Shown here piece by piece: positions 1 to 8,164 of a stretch of DNA of 25,108 nucleotides. The position numbers and the translations under genes are program-made. The notes under the pieces are model-generated. The model searched no databases. It was not told where the DNA came from and saw nothing but the letters and a program-made list of their open reading frames with translations. The stretch is taken from the IMG/VR virus record IMGVR_UViG_3300020042_001580, positions 1-25,108 of that record, one strand, 5' to 3'. Source of the DNA: a virus (lineage: Duplodnaviria; Caudoviricetes). Position 1 is the first letter of the stretch, and each line of letters starts with the position of its first letter.

Positions 1-3000
1 TTAGCGTCTGATATTTCTTGTTCAGTACCTGTACCTTCAGACACAACATTCAACCAATTCTGTATAGCATCAGCCGCAATAGCTAATCGAGCATTACGAG
101 TAATAGCAGTTACAGAAGTCAGACCAGTTATTTTAAAGAATCCATCAGTCCATTTAGAATAATATGATGTTAAGATGTCATTACGATGACCAACACCGCC
201 TTCTCTTAAATACCCTGCCCCAGATAAGTCTGTTCTAATCCTAGCATTCTTAATAAGAACCCTATCAGTAAGCTTGTTACCAATTTCTCTGTAGATAGCA
301 CCTATCTCACTTCCTGTACCTTTAAGTAAAGCTAAGGTAGCTTTAACGGCTTGTGGTCTATTAAGGTTACGATATATCTGAGCAAACTCTACTGTAGAAC
401 TAACAGCGGCTAAGGGTAATGCAGTAATAGTAGATAAGAAGTTAAGAGTATTCAATGCACCTTTTAAATAAGGATTAGTAATAGCCTTGAATTCACCATT
501 ACGCATTGCCAATACATCTTGAATTTCTTTAGCTATAAAGCTAGCTTGTCTATCATCAATGTCACCATTGTCTTTCATCTTCTGAACTAATGCGGCAAGC
601 TTAGAACCGTTTTCACCAATTAACTCTTTATTAGTATTATATGCGGCACCAGATGCGGCTAATGAATAAGCGTTATCTATAATGTTATGAGACATATACT
701 GATTAAAGAAAGCTTTAACATCTGGTTTAGATAACTTAGCTTCTAACTCTTGTTTACCTTTAATCTTTTCTGCATTACCATTTAACAATGCATCAAGTGA
801 ATCTTCAAAACTATTAACTTGTTTGTTATCTAATATTGCATTAGTTAATTCAGTTGCATCAGCATAGTTCATACCTAAACGTTGTTGTAAGTCTCTAACA
901 AACTGACCAGAGTTCTTTGACACAATTGTTTTATCTAACGGTTTATACTCTAAGAACTGTCTAACAGATAAGTCTTTACCTGTAGCTTGGTTGTATGCCC
1001 TAGTTAAATTACTTATTCTATCAGCATAATCAATAATAGAATCTTTAAAGTCACCAAAGTTACCGTAATCAATATCTATCTTATCAGCAATATCTTTTGT
1101 AGATTTAGCAAGTAAGTCCATCTTAATACGAGCTAACTCTGATATTGCATTAGTAACAGTAGGGTTAGATATAATACGAGAAGCTTCTGTAGCAGACACA
1201 CCACCAAAAGATGAAATAAAGTTTTCAATGTTACCAAAGTTCTTAAAGATGTTTGACTCTAGCATAGCCTGATGGTTCTCAATAGATGTACCATTAACAG
1301 CATTAGAACTACCTAACAATGTAGCTAGTGTAGCTGAGTAAATACTCTTATGTGTAGTATCACCAGTTATAATCTTAGAAAACTTACTAAATAAACCACC
1401 AATACCTTTGTCTTTTATAGCAGACATTGTCTTAGCATAGACACCTTCAGTCTGCCTTTTAGCAGTCTCAGCAGAAGCTAAAGCATCTAATGATGTTTCA
1501 ACAGCATTTTTCTCTTGTGATGTTAATGTCTCACCAATAACGTCTATAGTAGAAGGCATTGTAACAATAGGTTTATATCCTGCGGCTACACGTTGCTCAT
1601 TAATATCACTAATATATTTTTCTCTAAATTCAACATCAGTTGATGATCTAGGAACAATATCGCTTGGAGCAGTTAATACTGAGTAAGTCTTAAGACCACC
1701 AGATAAACCACCGCCTAGTACAAAACCACCAGTAGCGGCATTAGCTAATCTAGACTTTAACTTTGTCATTTCTTCTGGTGTAGAGGGTAAATTAAAACCA
1801 CCTTGCTCACCGAAATAACCAGTTAATTCTTGTAATGTCTCTACACCACTCTCAACAAAGGCACCTGTAGCCGTAGCTCCACCAATACCTTTTAATTTAT
1901 TAAGAGTACCACCAGAAATTGTTTTAAATGCAGTACTAACTTCTTTAACAGATTCAGTCATAGACTTACGTAGCAACTCTTCAGCCGCTTCCTTAGTCAT
2001 TGTCTTTTCTAATTCTCTTAGCACCATAGTTTGGGTAGCTGGCTTAGTAATATCTTTACCTTTGCCAAGAATAAAAGGTAATGATAGCTTATCAAGCACT
2101 GTCATAGTAAAACCAGCGGCAATAGCGGCAGTAGCATTTTTATTTTTTTGATCGTTGTATACTTGACCTGTGTACATACTAAATGGAACTGATAATGAAG
2201 CACCATAAGTTATTGGTGAAGCCATAACAGCAACAATACTAGTTAACATTTGAGGAGCAGAAGCAGCCGCAGTACCTACAGTCCAATCAAAAAACTTACC
2301 TAGTGTATCTAGCTTCCACTCACCTTTATCATTAAGAGCTTCTGCACTTCTTAACTCAGGTATGTCTGATAGCATTGAAGTATTTTCGTTAATACCTAAT
2401 TGTGCAAAGCTTTTTACTGCTTCACTACCTGTTTTATCAGCAATAAGATCAAACATACCATACAAGCTTTTAGAAGCGTTAAGTGCACCTTGATCCCAAC
2501 CACTACTTAGATTAGAGGTGGCTTTACCAAAACGATCTTCGCCTGTTCTAATAATAGCTGGACCAGAAAAGAAATCATTGCTTCCTGTATCATCTGTTAC
2601 ATAACCAAATTGTCCAGCAGTGTCTGTATAACGTTTAGCCATAAAACCAGCGGCATTACGTTCTTTGTTTAATGAATTAAGAATGTTGTCTGCTAGCGTA
2701 GGTTTACGTTCAATCCTACGTTGTGCACGTTCTAAATTACCCATATACATAGATGTATATTGACCCGCATCTGTAGATGTTGTTGGGTCAACATAGCCTA
2801 GCTTAAGGGATTCGTTAGTTAAACGATTACCTGCAGGATTTACTAAATCTCCAACCTCACGTTTAAAAGATTGATCACCTGTAAACTTAGGTGTACTGTA
2901 GTTACCTTCACTAATAAGATTTTCCATAATATTAGTTTGAAAGTCAGCACCAAGTTGCGCACCTTTAATTTGATTAGGTTGAAATTTAGCAGTCTCCCTA

Positions 3001-3134
3001 GCGTTAATACCTTGAAGACGGATGGATTCCCCTGTTGGGGCTACCACTGTGTCAGCATCTTTAACTTTAATACCTGTTGGTAGATCTGGTTGCCTTGATA
3101 CTATATTCCGTAGATCTTCTAAAAATCCATCCAT
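1..3134 (-). CDS. Large internal virion / DNA ejection protein (>1040 aa, 3' end outside the window) with an N-terminal SNase (thermonuclease)-like domain
   Basis: Absent from the ORF track because there is no in-frame stop in the window. Manual translation from ATG 3134 (RBS AAAGGA) reads MDGFLEDLRNIVSRQPDLPTGIKVKDADTVVAPTGESIRLQGINARET... and stays open to position 1 (...QEISDA). It has Gly/Ala-rich hydrophobic segments at about 2060-2290 and 1690-1900 (GAFVESGVETLQE), and it is the last and largest gene after the GNAT and small Gly-rich proteins, as in podovirus ejection modules. Confidence 0.8.
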   Translation of the reverse strand, partial: MDGFLEDLRNIVSRQPDLPTGIKVKDADTVVAPTGESIRLQGINARETAKFQPNQIKGAQLGADFQTNIMENLISEGNYSTPKFTGDQSFKREVGDLVNPAGNRLTNESLKLGYVDPTTSTDAGQYTSMYMGNLERAQRRIERKPTLADNILNSLNKERNAAGFMAKRYTDTAGQFGYVTDDTGSNDFFSGPAIIRTGEDRFGKATSNLSSGWDQGALNASKSLYGMFDLIADKTGSEAVKSFAQLGINENTSMLSDIPELRSAEALNDKGEWKLDTLGKFFDWTVGTAAASAPQMLTSIVAVMASPITYGASLSVPFSMYTGQVYNDQKNKNATAAIAAGFTMTVLDKLSLPFILGKGKDITKPATQTMVLRELEKTMTKEAAEELLRKSMTESVKEVSTAFKTISGGTLNKLKGIGGATATGAFVESGVETLQELTGYFGEQGGFNLPSTPEEMTKLKSRLANAATGGFVLGGGLSGGLKTYSVLTAPSDIVPRSSTDVEFREKYISDINEQRVAAGYKPIVTMPSTIDVIGETLTSQEKNAVETSLDALASAETAKRQTEGVYAKTMSAIKDKGIGGLFSKFSKIITGDTTHKSIYSATLATLLGSSNAVNGTSIENHQAMLESNIFKNFGNIENFISSFGGVSATEASRIISNPTVTNAISELARIKMDLLAKSTKDIADKIDIDYGNFGDFKDSIIDYADRISNLTRAYNQATGKDLSVRQFLEYKPLDKTIVSKNSGQFVRDLQQRLGMNYADATELTNAILDNKQVNSFEDSLDALLNGNAEKIKGKQELEAKLSKPDVKAFFNQYMSHNIIDNAYSLAASGAAYNTNKELIGENGSKLAALVQKMKDNGDIDDRQASFIAKEIQDVLAMRNGEFKAITNPYLKGALNTLNFLSTITALPLAAVSSTVEFAQIYRNLNRPQAVKATLALLKGTGSEIGAIYREIGNKLTDRVLIKNARIRTDLSGAGYLREGGVGHRNDILTSYYSKWTDGFFKITGLTSVTAITRNARLAIAADAIQNWLNVVSEGTGTEQEISDA

Positions 3135-3144
3135 GTGTTTTCCT

Positions 3145-5556
3145 TTATTTATCTGATAGCTTTTTTAATTGTGCCTTCATAAATTGTGCATAAGCAGATT
3201 CAGTATCTGTACCGCCAAATTCTTTACGATAATTTTTACCGTTAGGTCCATTCCATTCAGTAGCTATTCTGTTAGCAATTTCAGATTGTTTCTTTATATC
3301 AGACTTACCATCTGAATCTAAGGTTAATACTCTAACCATTCCAAAAAGTTCAGTCATCTTTTCAGGTGGCATTGGTTTACCTTCTTTGCCAACATTAAAC
3401 ATATTTTCTTCAAGCCCTAAACGACTAGAAATAACATTACGAGCTAAATAAGGAGTTATATCTTTAATTTCTTTAACTCTACCTGATTTTTTGTCAGCAA
3501 TCATTTGCTCAGTTGCTTGATTAATAAGTGCTGTTGCTTCCTGAGCTGCATCTGGGTTTGTAATATCAAAACCTGAACGCTTTAAATAAGATAAACTCTG
3601 TTGTGTAGTTTGTTTAGGTGTTGGCAAACCTGATCTTGCAGGATTTGGTTGGTCTTTAACATCGTCACTACCAAGTTCACGTTTAAAAATTTCAGTAACA
3701 GCACTAGCGGCTTTGTCTGTATGAGCTTCCATACGTTTAAGCATTTCTATTGGGTTATTAGCTTTCATATCCTCTCGAGCATACATAAGAACTAATTGAT
3801 TACCCAATGCGGCATTAAATCGTCTATCTGCAGATGCTTGATTTGACGCCATCATTCTTAACTGTTGTTCAAAACGCTTTTCGTCTCTTGTGCGATTATA
3901 TTCATCTTTAATCTCAGCCATTTTAACTTGTTGAGCCGCAACAAAACGATCATGTTCTCTACGAGCTTCTTCACGCCTTACTGTTCTAATTTCAAGTGCT
4001 TCAGCACTTTCTTCTGCACGGGCATCACGAACCTCTTGGCCTCTAATTTGAACAGCAGCAGCACGAATAGCTTTCTTATCTGCTTGTTGTTGTGCATTAC
4101 GCTTAAATGATTCTTCAAATGCTTGTCTACCCGCAAAGGCAAGAGCACGATTAACACCAAACTTTTTAGCACCAACAGCAGTTGAAATAGCCATACGAAT
4201 AATGTCTTGATTATTTAAACCAAGTTCTTCTTTAAAACCACTGGCAGTAAACAAGTTGGCTAAAGAATCTGTAAAAGATTTTTCTGTTTTTTGTGTTCCA
4301 GATAACTCTTGAACAATCTCTGATACGCTACGAATTTTTCTAGATGCTTTAACAGGATCTGTTTCATAATCTTTTCTTTTTCCAGAAACAAAGTTAGGCT
4401 CTAAACTTTCTTTAGAAGGCACTGCGGGTACAGTACTTGCTACAGGTGTATTTTGAGCATTAACCTTATCACGCTCAATTAATTGTTCTGTAGTCATCTG
4501 CGATGAAACATTTGCTAACTCTGTAGGAGTAGGTCCAAGAGGTCCAACAGCTATTGTAGGTTGAGCAACAGGTACTGCTTGTGGTGATACTTCTGGAACC
4601 ATATCTCTTTTAGTCATAGCTGGTACAACTGTAACATTAGGAGCTGGTACCGATTTAACTGGAACTGATGTATCTAAACTTACTGGTACAAATGTTGGTG
4701 ACGTTGTAACCGCATTAGAAGGCTCTGAATCAACAACAATAGAAGGTACTGCCGCAGTAGGTGGTCGTTCAATAGCCCTTGCATTAGCAAACGCTTCAGC
4801 TTTATCTTTAGGATAACGTTCATCCCACACAGGAATGTTTTCAACTGTTGGTTGAATAATTATTGGTACTACGCCTTGACGTTTTCTTTCTTCGTCAATG
4901 TCTGCATCAAGAGTGCCATTATAATATCCTGCGGCAGACTGTACTTGTTGTGGTACTACACCATAAGAACCATTAGCGTAATTAGCTTGGGCAGAAGAGC
5001 CACGGCTAAAGTCAGGTACACTCATTGTACCATGCATGAATGAAGATCCGGGGACGTCTGGATGACGATATGCTAATGAAGGTACACCACTAGTACCGTC
5101 TCTCATTGCATTAGCTTTACGACCCTCTTGTACCATACGCTTAATAGCTTTTTTATTTTTAGGATTCTGTGCGGCAGGTTGTGGTATAACTGCTTCTCCA
5201 GGAGTAAGCATAGCAGGAACTGTATCAGTACCTCTTGCTTGGAAGATAGGAGCTTGAGCAAGGCTACGTTGACCTTGTTTGAACATACCAGTGCCAGCTA
5301 AAGGATTTTGAGATGGAATACCTAACTTTTGTTTGTTCATCCTAGCAGGAGGAATACCCATGTCTTTAAGTTTAACATTGTTAACTTGTTCTTTATGACT
5401 TAAACCTTGATTAGCTTTTGCGGCTGCTTCTTTAAGTTTAAGTTCATGTAATTGTTGTTTACGCATCTCATCCAGTCCCATCTTAGAAACTTCACGAGCT
5501 TCTTTATTTTGGAACTTGAGATATTCTCTCTGTTGTTTACCTGATAAGGGTGCCAT
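3145..5556 (-). CDS. Putative internal virion / ejection protein (803 aa)
   Basis: RBS AAGGA. Contains an N-terminal GTDTVPAMLTPGEAVIP motif, a Pro/Val/Thr-rich linker and a charged coiled-coil region. Lies in the ejection-protein cluster. Confidence 0.6.
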   Translation of the reverse strand: MAPLSGKQQREYLKFQNKEAREVSKMGLDEMRKQQLHELKLKEAAAKANQGLSHKEQVNNVKLKDMGIPPARMNKQKLGIPSQNPLAGTGMFKQGQRSLAQAPIFQARGTDTVPAMLTPGEAVIPQPAAQNPKNKKAIKRMVQEGRKANAMRDGTSGVPSLAYRHPDVPGSSFMHGTMSVPDFSRGSSAQANYANGSYGVVPQQVQSAAGYYNGTLDADIDEERKRQGVVPIIIQPTVENIPVWDERYPKDKAEAFANARAIERPPTAAVPSIVVDSEPSNAVTTSPTFVPVSLDTSVPVKSVPAPNVTVVPAMTKRDMVPEVSPQAVPVAQPTIAVGPLGPTPTELANVSSQMTTEQLIERDKVNAQNTPVASTVPAVPSKESLEPNFVSGKRKDYETDPVKASRKIRSVSEIVQELSGTQKTEKSFTDSLANLFTASGFKEELGLNNQDIIRMAISTAVGAKKFGVNRALAFAGRQAFEESFKRNAQQQADKKAIRAAAVQIRGQEVRDARAEESAEALEIRTVRREEARREHDRFVAAQQVKMAEIKDEYNRTRDEKRFEQQLRMMASNQASADRRFNAALGNQLVLMYAREDMKANNPIEMLKRMEAHTDKAASAVTEIFKRELGSDDVKDQPNPARSGLPTPKQTTQQSLSYLKRSGFDITNPDAAQEATALINQATEQMIADKKSGRVKEIKDITPYLARNVISSRLGLEENMFNVGKEGKPMPPEKMTELFGMVRVLTLDSDGKSDIKKQSEIANRIATEWNGPNGKNYRKEFGGTDTESAYAQFMKAQLKKLSDK

Positions 5557-5565
5557 AGTATTTCC

Positions 5566-6594
5566 TTAAAATATTCCTAGCTTCTTAGCTAACAATGCTC
5601 CACCAATAACCATACCTACTGGACCCATAGCGGCTAAAGCGGCTTCACCGCCCATAGCACCAGCAGCACCTAGCCCCATAGGGGTTGCGGCAGCACCTGC
5701 AGTAGTAGCAACTGGAGCAGCAGCAACACCTGTGCTAAGTCCTGCTAAAGTGCTACCTAATGGAGCCGCAGTACCTGCTACTGTTGGTAACAACATGTTT
5801 GCTTGAGCAGCAGTAGCCGCACCTCCCATTGTAGCGGGAGCACTCAAAGCATAAGAAGTTGGAGCGGCTAATGCAGTAGGAGCAACGGCAGTTGTTGCAG
5901 CTGGGACAGTACCATAAGCTTTGTATGCAGTGTCAATCCCTTTTGCAGCGGCATTAGTTCCTATTGCAGTTAATTGTTGACCTAAAAATTGTTCTGTTTG
6001 ATCAGGAACAAATTGTGGTACAGAAGCTTCTGAAGGCTTAATACTTGCAGACAATGGTGCAACTTGTTCTTTTTTAGTCCAGTTCCAAGGATCATCATCA
6101 GCACCCATTGTGCCTTGTGCATACCCTGCTACTGAGCTAGTACCATAAGCATAACCGGGAACTGACATTGTACCATTAGCCCAACCAGCACCTGCTTCTC
6201 CAGCAGTAGCCCCGTTACCTTCGCCACCTCCTGAATTACCACCCGGACCTTCTCCAGCTGGGCCTCCAATTCCACTACTACCACCACTATTATCATTATA
6301 ATTAACAGAATTAGTAGTTGTGTCAACTGCAGTTGCTGGTGTATTAGCTACCGTTTGATTTTGTGGTAAATAAGTATTACCATAAATAATAGGTGTTCCC
6401 ATAGCAGTTTTTTGTGGTTGCATAGCGCCTCCACTTTTGCCACCAGAATTCATATTAGAATTCATTCCAGAATTGTTACTCATTGTGCCTAAGCTTGAGG
6501 TATTTGTTGTTAGACCACCTGAAGAAGTACTTTGTAAAGGAGCACCCCCATTAAATGTTGTAGCTGTTGGGCTACTTCCTACATCACCAGCCAT
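5566..6594 (-). CDS. Putative ejection/pilot protein, Gly/Ala/Thr-rich low complexity with hydrophobic C-terminus (342 aa)
   Basis: Start overlaps the upstream stop (TAATG at 6592-6596). Ends in ALAAMGPVGMVIGGALLAKKLGIF, a membrane-active helix typical of pilot proteins. Confidence 0.55.
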   Translation of the reverse strand: MAGDVGSSPTATTFNGGAPLQSTSSGGLTTNTSSLGTMSNNSGMNSNMNSGGKSGGAMQPQKTAMGTPIIYGNTYLPQNQTVANTPATAVDTTTNSVNYNDNSGGSSGIGGPAGEGPGGNSGGGEGNGATAGEAGAGWANGTMSVPGYAYGTSSVAGYAQGTMGADDDPWNWTKKEQVAPLSASIKPSEASVPQFVPDQTEQFLGQQLTAIGTNAAAKGIDTAYKAYGTVPAATTAVAPTALAAPTSYALSAPATMGGAATAAQANMLLPTVAGTAAPLGSTLAGLSTGVAAAPVATTAGAAATPMGLGAAGAMGGEAALAAMGPVGMVIGGALLAKKLGIF

Positions 6595-7283
6595 TATTTA
6601 CCTCCAGAAGCTTGTTGTCGTGCAGGATTACCATAAATAGTAGAAGCATAACGTTGAAGACCTTGCCAACCTGCATCAAGACCTTGTTGATCAATACCAC
6701 GTTGTTGATTACCAAGATTAGCAGTAGCGCTAACCCCTTGATTAACAATACCTGATGCAGTTGTAGCACCTGATTGAAGAGCTTGTTCAGCTGCAAGACG
6801 ATTCTTAAACATATTAGATTCAGCTTCTGCATCTACTTTAGCAAGCGCACCTGTAGTTTCGGCGTTTTGAGCACCTTGCATAACAGCTTGTCGTGCAGAA
6901 CCCAGTGTTCCTGCTTGACCAAAACCTGTATTAAGTTTAGCAACGCCCTTTTGAGCTTCATTAAGAATACTAGCTTTTTGAGCCGCTAATGTTGCGGCAC
7001 TAGGAGCCGTTGCCATAGTAGATAATCTTTTATTTTGATCACCAAGTGAAGCAAGAGCTGTGTCTGTAGTAGCACCAATCTTTTTAGCACCAGTACCAAA
7101 AGCGTCTTGTTGTAGTACTGATGCCCCCGCTACCTTATTAAGATCACCAGAGGTATAACCCGTTTCAGCGGCTTTACCAACATTTTCCATGTATGGTCTT
7201 GCCCATTCTGGAATACTACTTACAGTATTTCCACCTCCACCCCCGTAGTTCTTTTTAATAGAACCATTAATTTTATATTTCAT
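6594..7283 (-). CDS. Putative small ejection protein (positional analogue of P22 gp7 / T7 gp14; 229 aa)
   Basis: Basic N-terminal leader followed by a GGGGG run (MKYKINGSIKKNYGGGGGNT-VSSIPEWARPY), an Ala/Gln-rich helical body and a GSARQ motif. Directly follows the GNAT-like gene with an ATGA overlap. Confidence 0.6.
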   Translation of the reverse strand: MKYKINGSIKKNYGGGGGNTVSSIPEWARPYMENVGKAAETGYTSGDLNKVAGASVLQQDAFGTGAKKIGATTDTALASLGDQNKRLSTMATAPSAATLAAQKASILNEAQKGVAKLNTGFGQAGTLGSARQAVMQGAQNAETTGALAKVDAEAESNMFKNRLAAEQALQSGATTASGIVNQGVSATANLGNQQRGIDQQGLDAGWQGLQRYASTIYGNPARQQASGGK

Positions 7284-7699
7284 TCTAAATCCTTTCGCAT
7301 TACTACGTAAGCTTCTTTAAATCCAGATACATACTTTGGTAGTACCTTTGCCCATCCTGGACGACCCCATTGTTCAATAGCTTTACAGCCAGAATCACGG
7401 GCAAATTGTTCCACTGTAGGGAACACCTTAGATTGTTCTTCAAAGTCACTTCCAGAGAAAGCAATTATATGAAGTGTTTTATGTTGAGAGTATTGTAAGT
7501 ATTGAGTTAAACCAGCACCAATAATATTTAATTCATCATCTACCACCGCCCAACATTGAATATACTCATTGAGAATCTTTTTAAGATAGTCTGTTAACGT
7601 AGATTCTCCTTGTCCATGCTCAATTACTTTCTGTAATAATACAGAGAGTGTTGACCAGTGTTGTACTGTTTGTTCGGGTGATAGTAAGATAATTTTCAT
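7280..7699 (-). CDS. GNAT-fold acetyltransferase-like virion assembly protein (positional analogue of P22 gp14 / T7 gp13; 139 aa)
   Basis: Start reassigned to ATG 7699 (MKIILLSPEQ...), 2 nt after the upstream stop. The C-terminal FARDSGCKAIEQWGRPGWAKVL motif is typical of this phage GNAT-like family. Located between tail genes and ejection genes. Confidence 0.65.
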   Translation of the reverse strand: MKIILLSPEQTVQHWSTLSVLLQKVIEHGQGESTLTDYLKKILNEYIQCWAVVDDELNIIGAGLTQYLQYSQHKTLHIIAFSGSDFEEQSKVFPTVEQFARDSGCKAIEQWGRPGWAKVLPKYVSGFKEAYVVMRKDLE

Positions 7700-7701
7700 A
7701 T

Positions 7702-8163
7702 TTAGTTTGGTGGGGTTGGCCAGATTATGTTTAAGGGATATCCCGCTTGTTGTGAGATATCTCTTAATTGTTGACGATATGTTTGCCAATCTGTTGGTAT
7801 TGGATTACCTTGATCTAATGCTCTGATAACAATCCAGTCTGAATCCGAAAGCATAATATCTCTTTTTATATTAATTAAATTTTCTGCATCAATATTTTGT
7901 TGCTCAAGTGTTCTAGCATCTACCCATGTAAATGTTTCGTTACTCCAAGTACATTTATAATTTGGCTTATTTAATTTTGTATTCTTTTGTTCTTGAGTAT
8001 AATCAACAATTGTGTTATTAAGGACATAGTGAGAACTATTATTTCCATAACCTTCTAAATAATCATTACCTTCAAACAAAACAAAAGGTAAAACATCTGT
8101 ATTAGAAGTACCTGAAGCAAAAATTTCACCAGTATTAATTTGGTATTGAGTATAAATTGCCAT
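7702..8163 (-). CDS. Phage tail fibre assembly chaperone (copy 3)
   Basis: C-terminal RDIMLSDSDW...WQTYRQQLRDISQQAGYPLNIIWPTPP matches the tail-assembly-chaperone signature. Follows a fibre/spike gene. Confidence 0.8.
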   Translation of the reverse strand: MAIYTQYQINTGEIFASGTSNTDVLPFVLFEGNDYLEGYGNNSSHYVLNNTIVDYTQEQKNTKLNKPNYKCTWSNETFTWVDARTLEQQNIDAENLINIKRDIMLSDSDWIVIRALDQGNPIPTDWQTYRQQLRDISQQAGYPLNIIWPTPPN

Positions 8164-8164
8164 A

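Noticed and set aside
1-3. TAA on the minus strand at positions 1-3 as the stop of the large ORF
   Set aside because: Out of frame. The ORF's last full codon is at 5-3 (GCT), so the gene continues beyond the window.
5540-6550. Recurrent APL tripeptide (MAPLSG, GAPLQS, VAPLSA, AAPLGS) in the ejection proteins
   Set aside because: Too short to distinguish from chance in Ala/Pro-rich sequence without homologue alignments.
7700-7789. ORF-track N-terminal extensions (starts at 7789, 14040 and 16529)
   Set aside because: They overlap upstream genes. Downstream ATGs at 7699, 14022 and 16511 abut or overlap the upstream stops like the rest of the operon.
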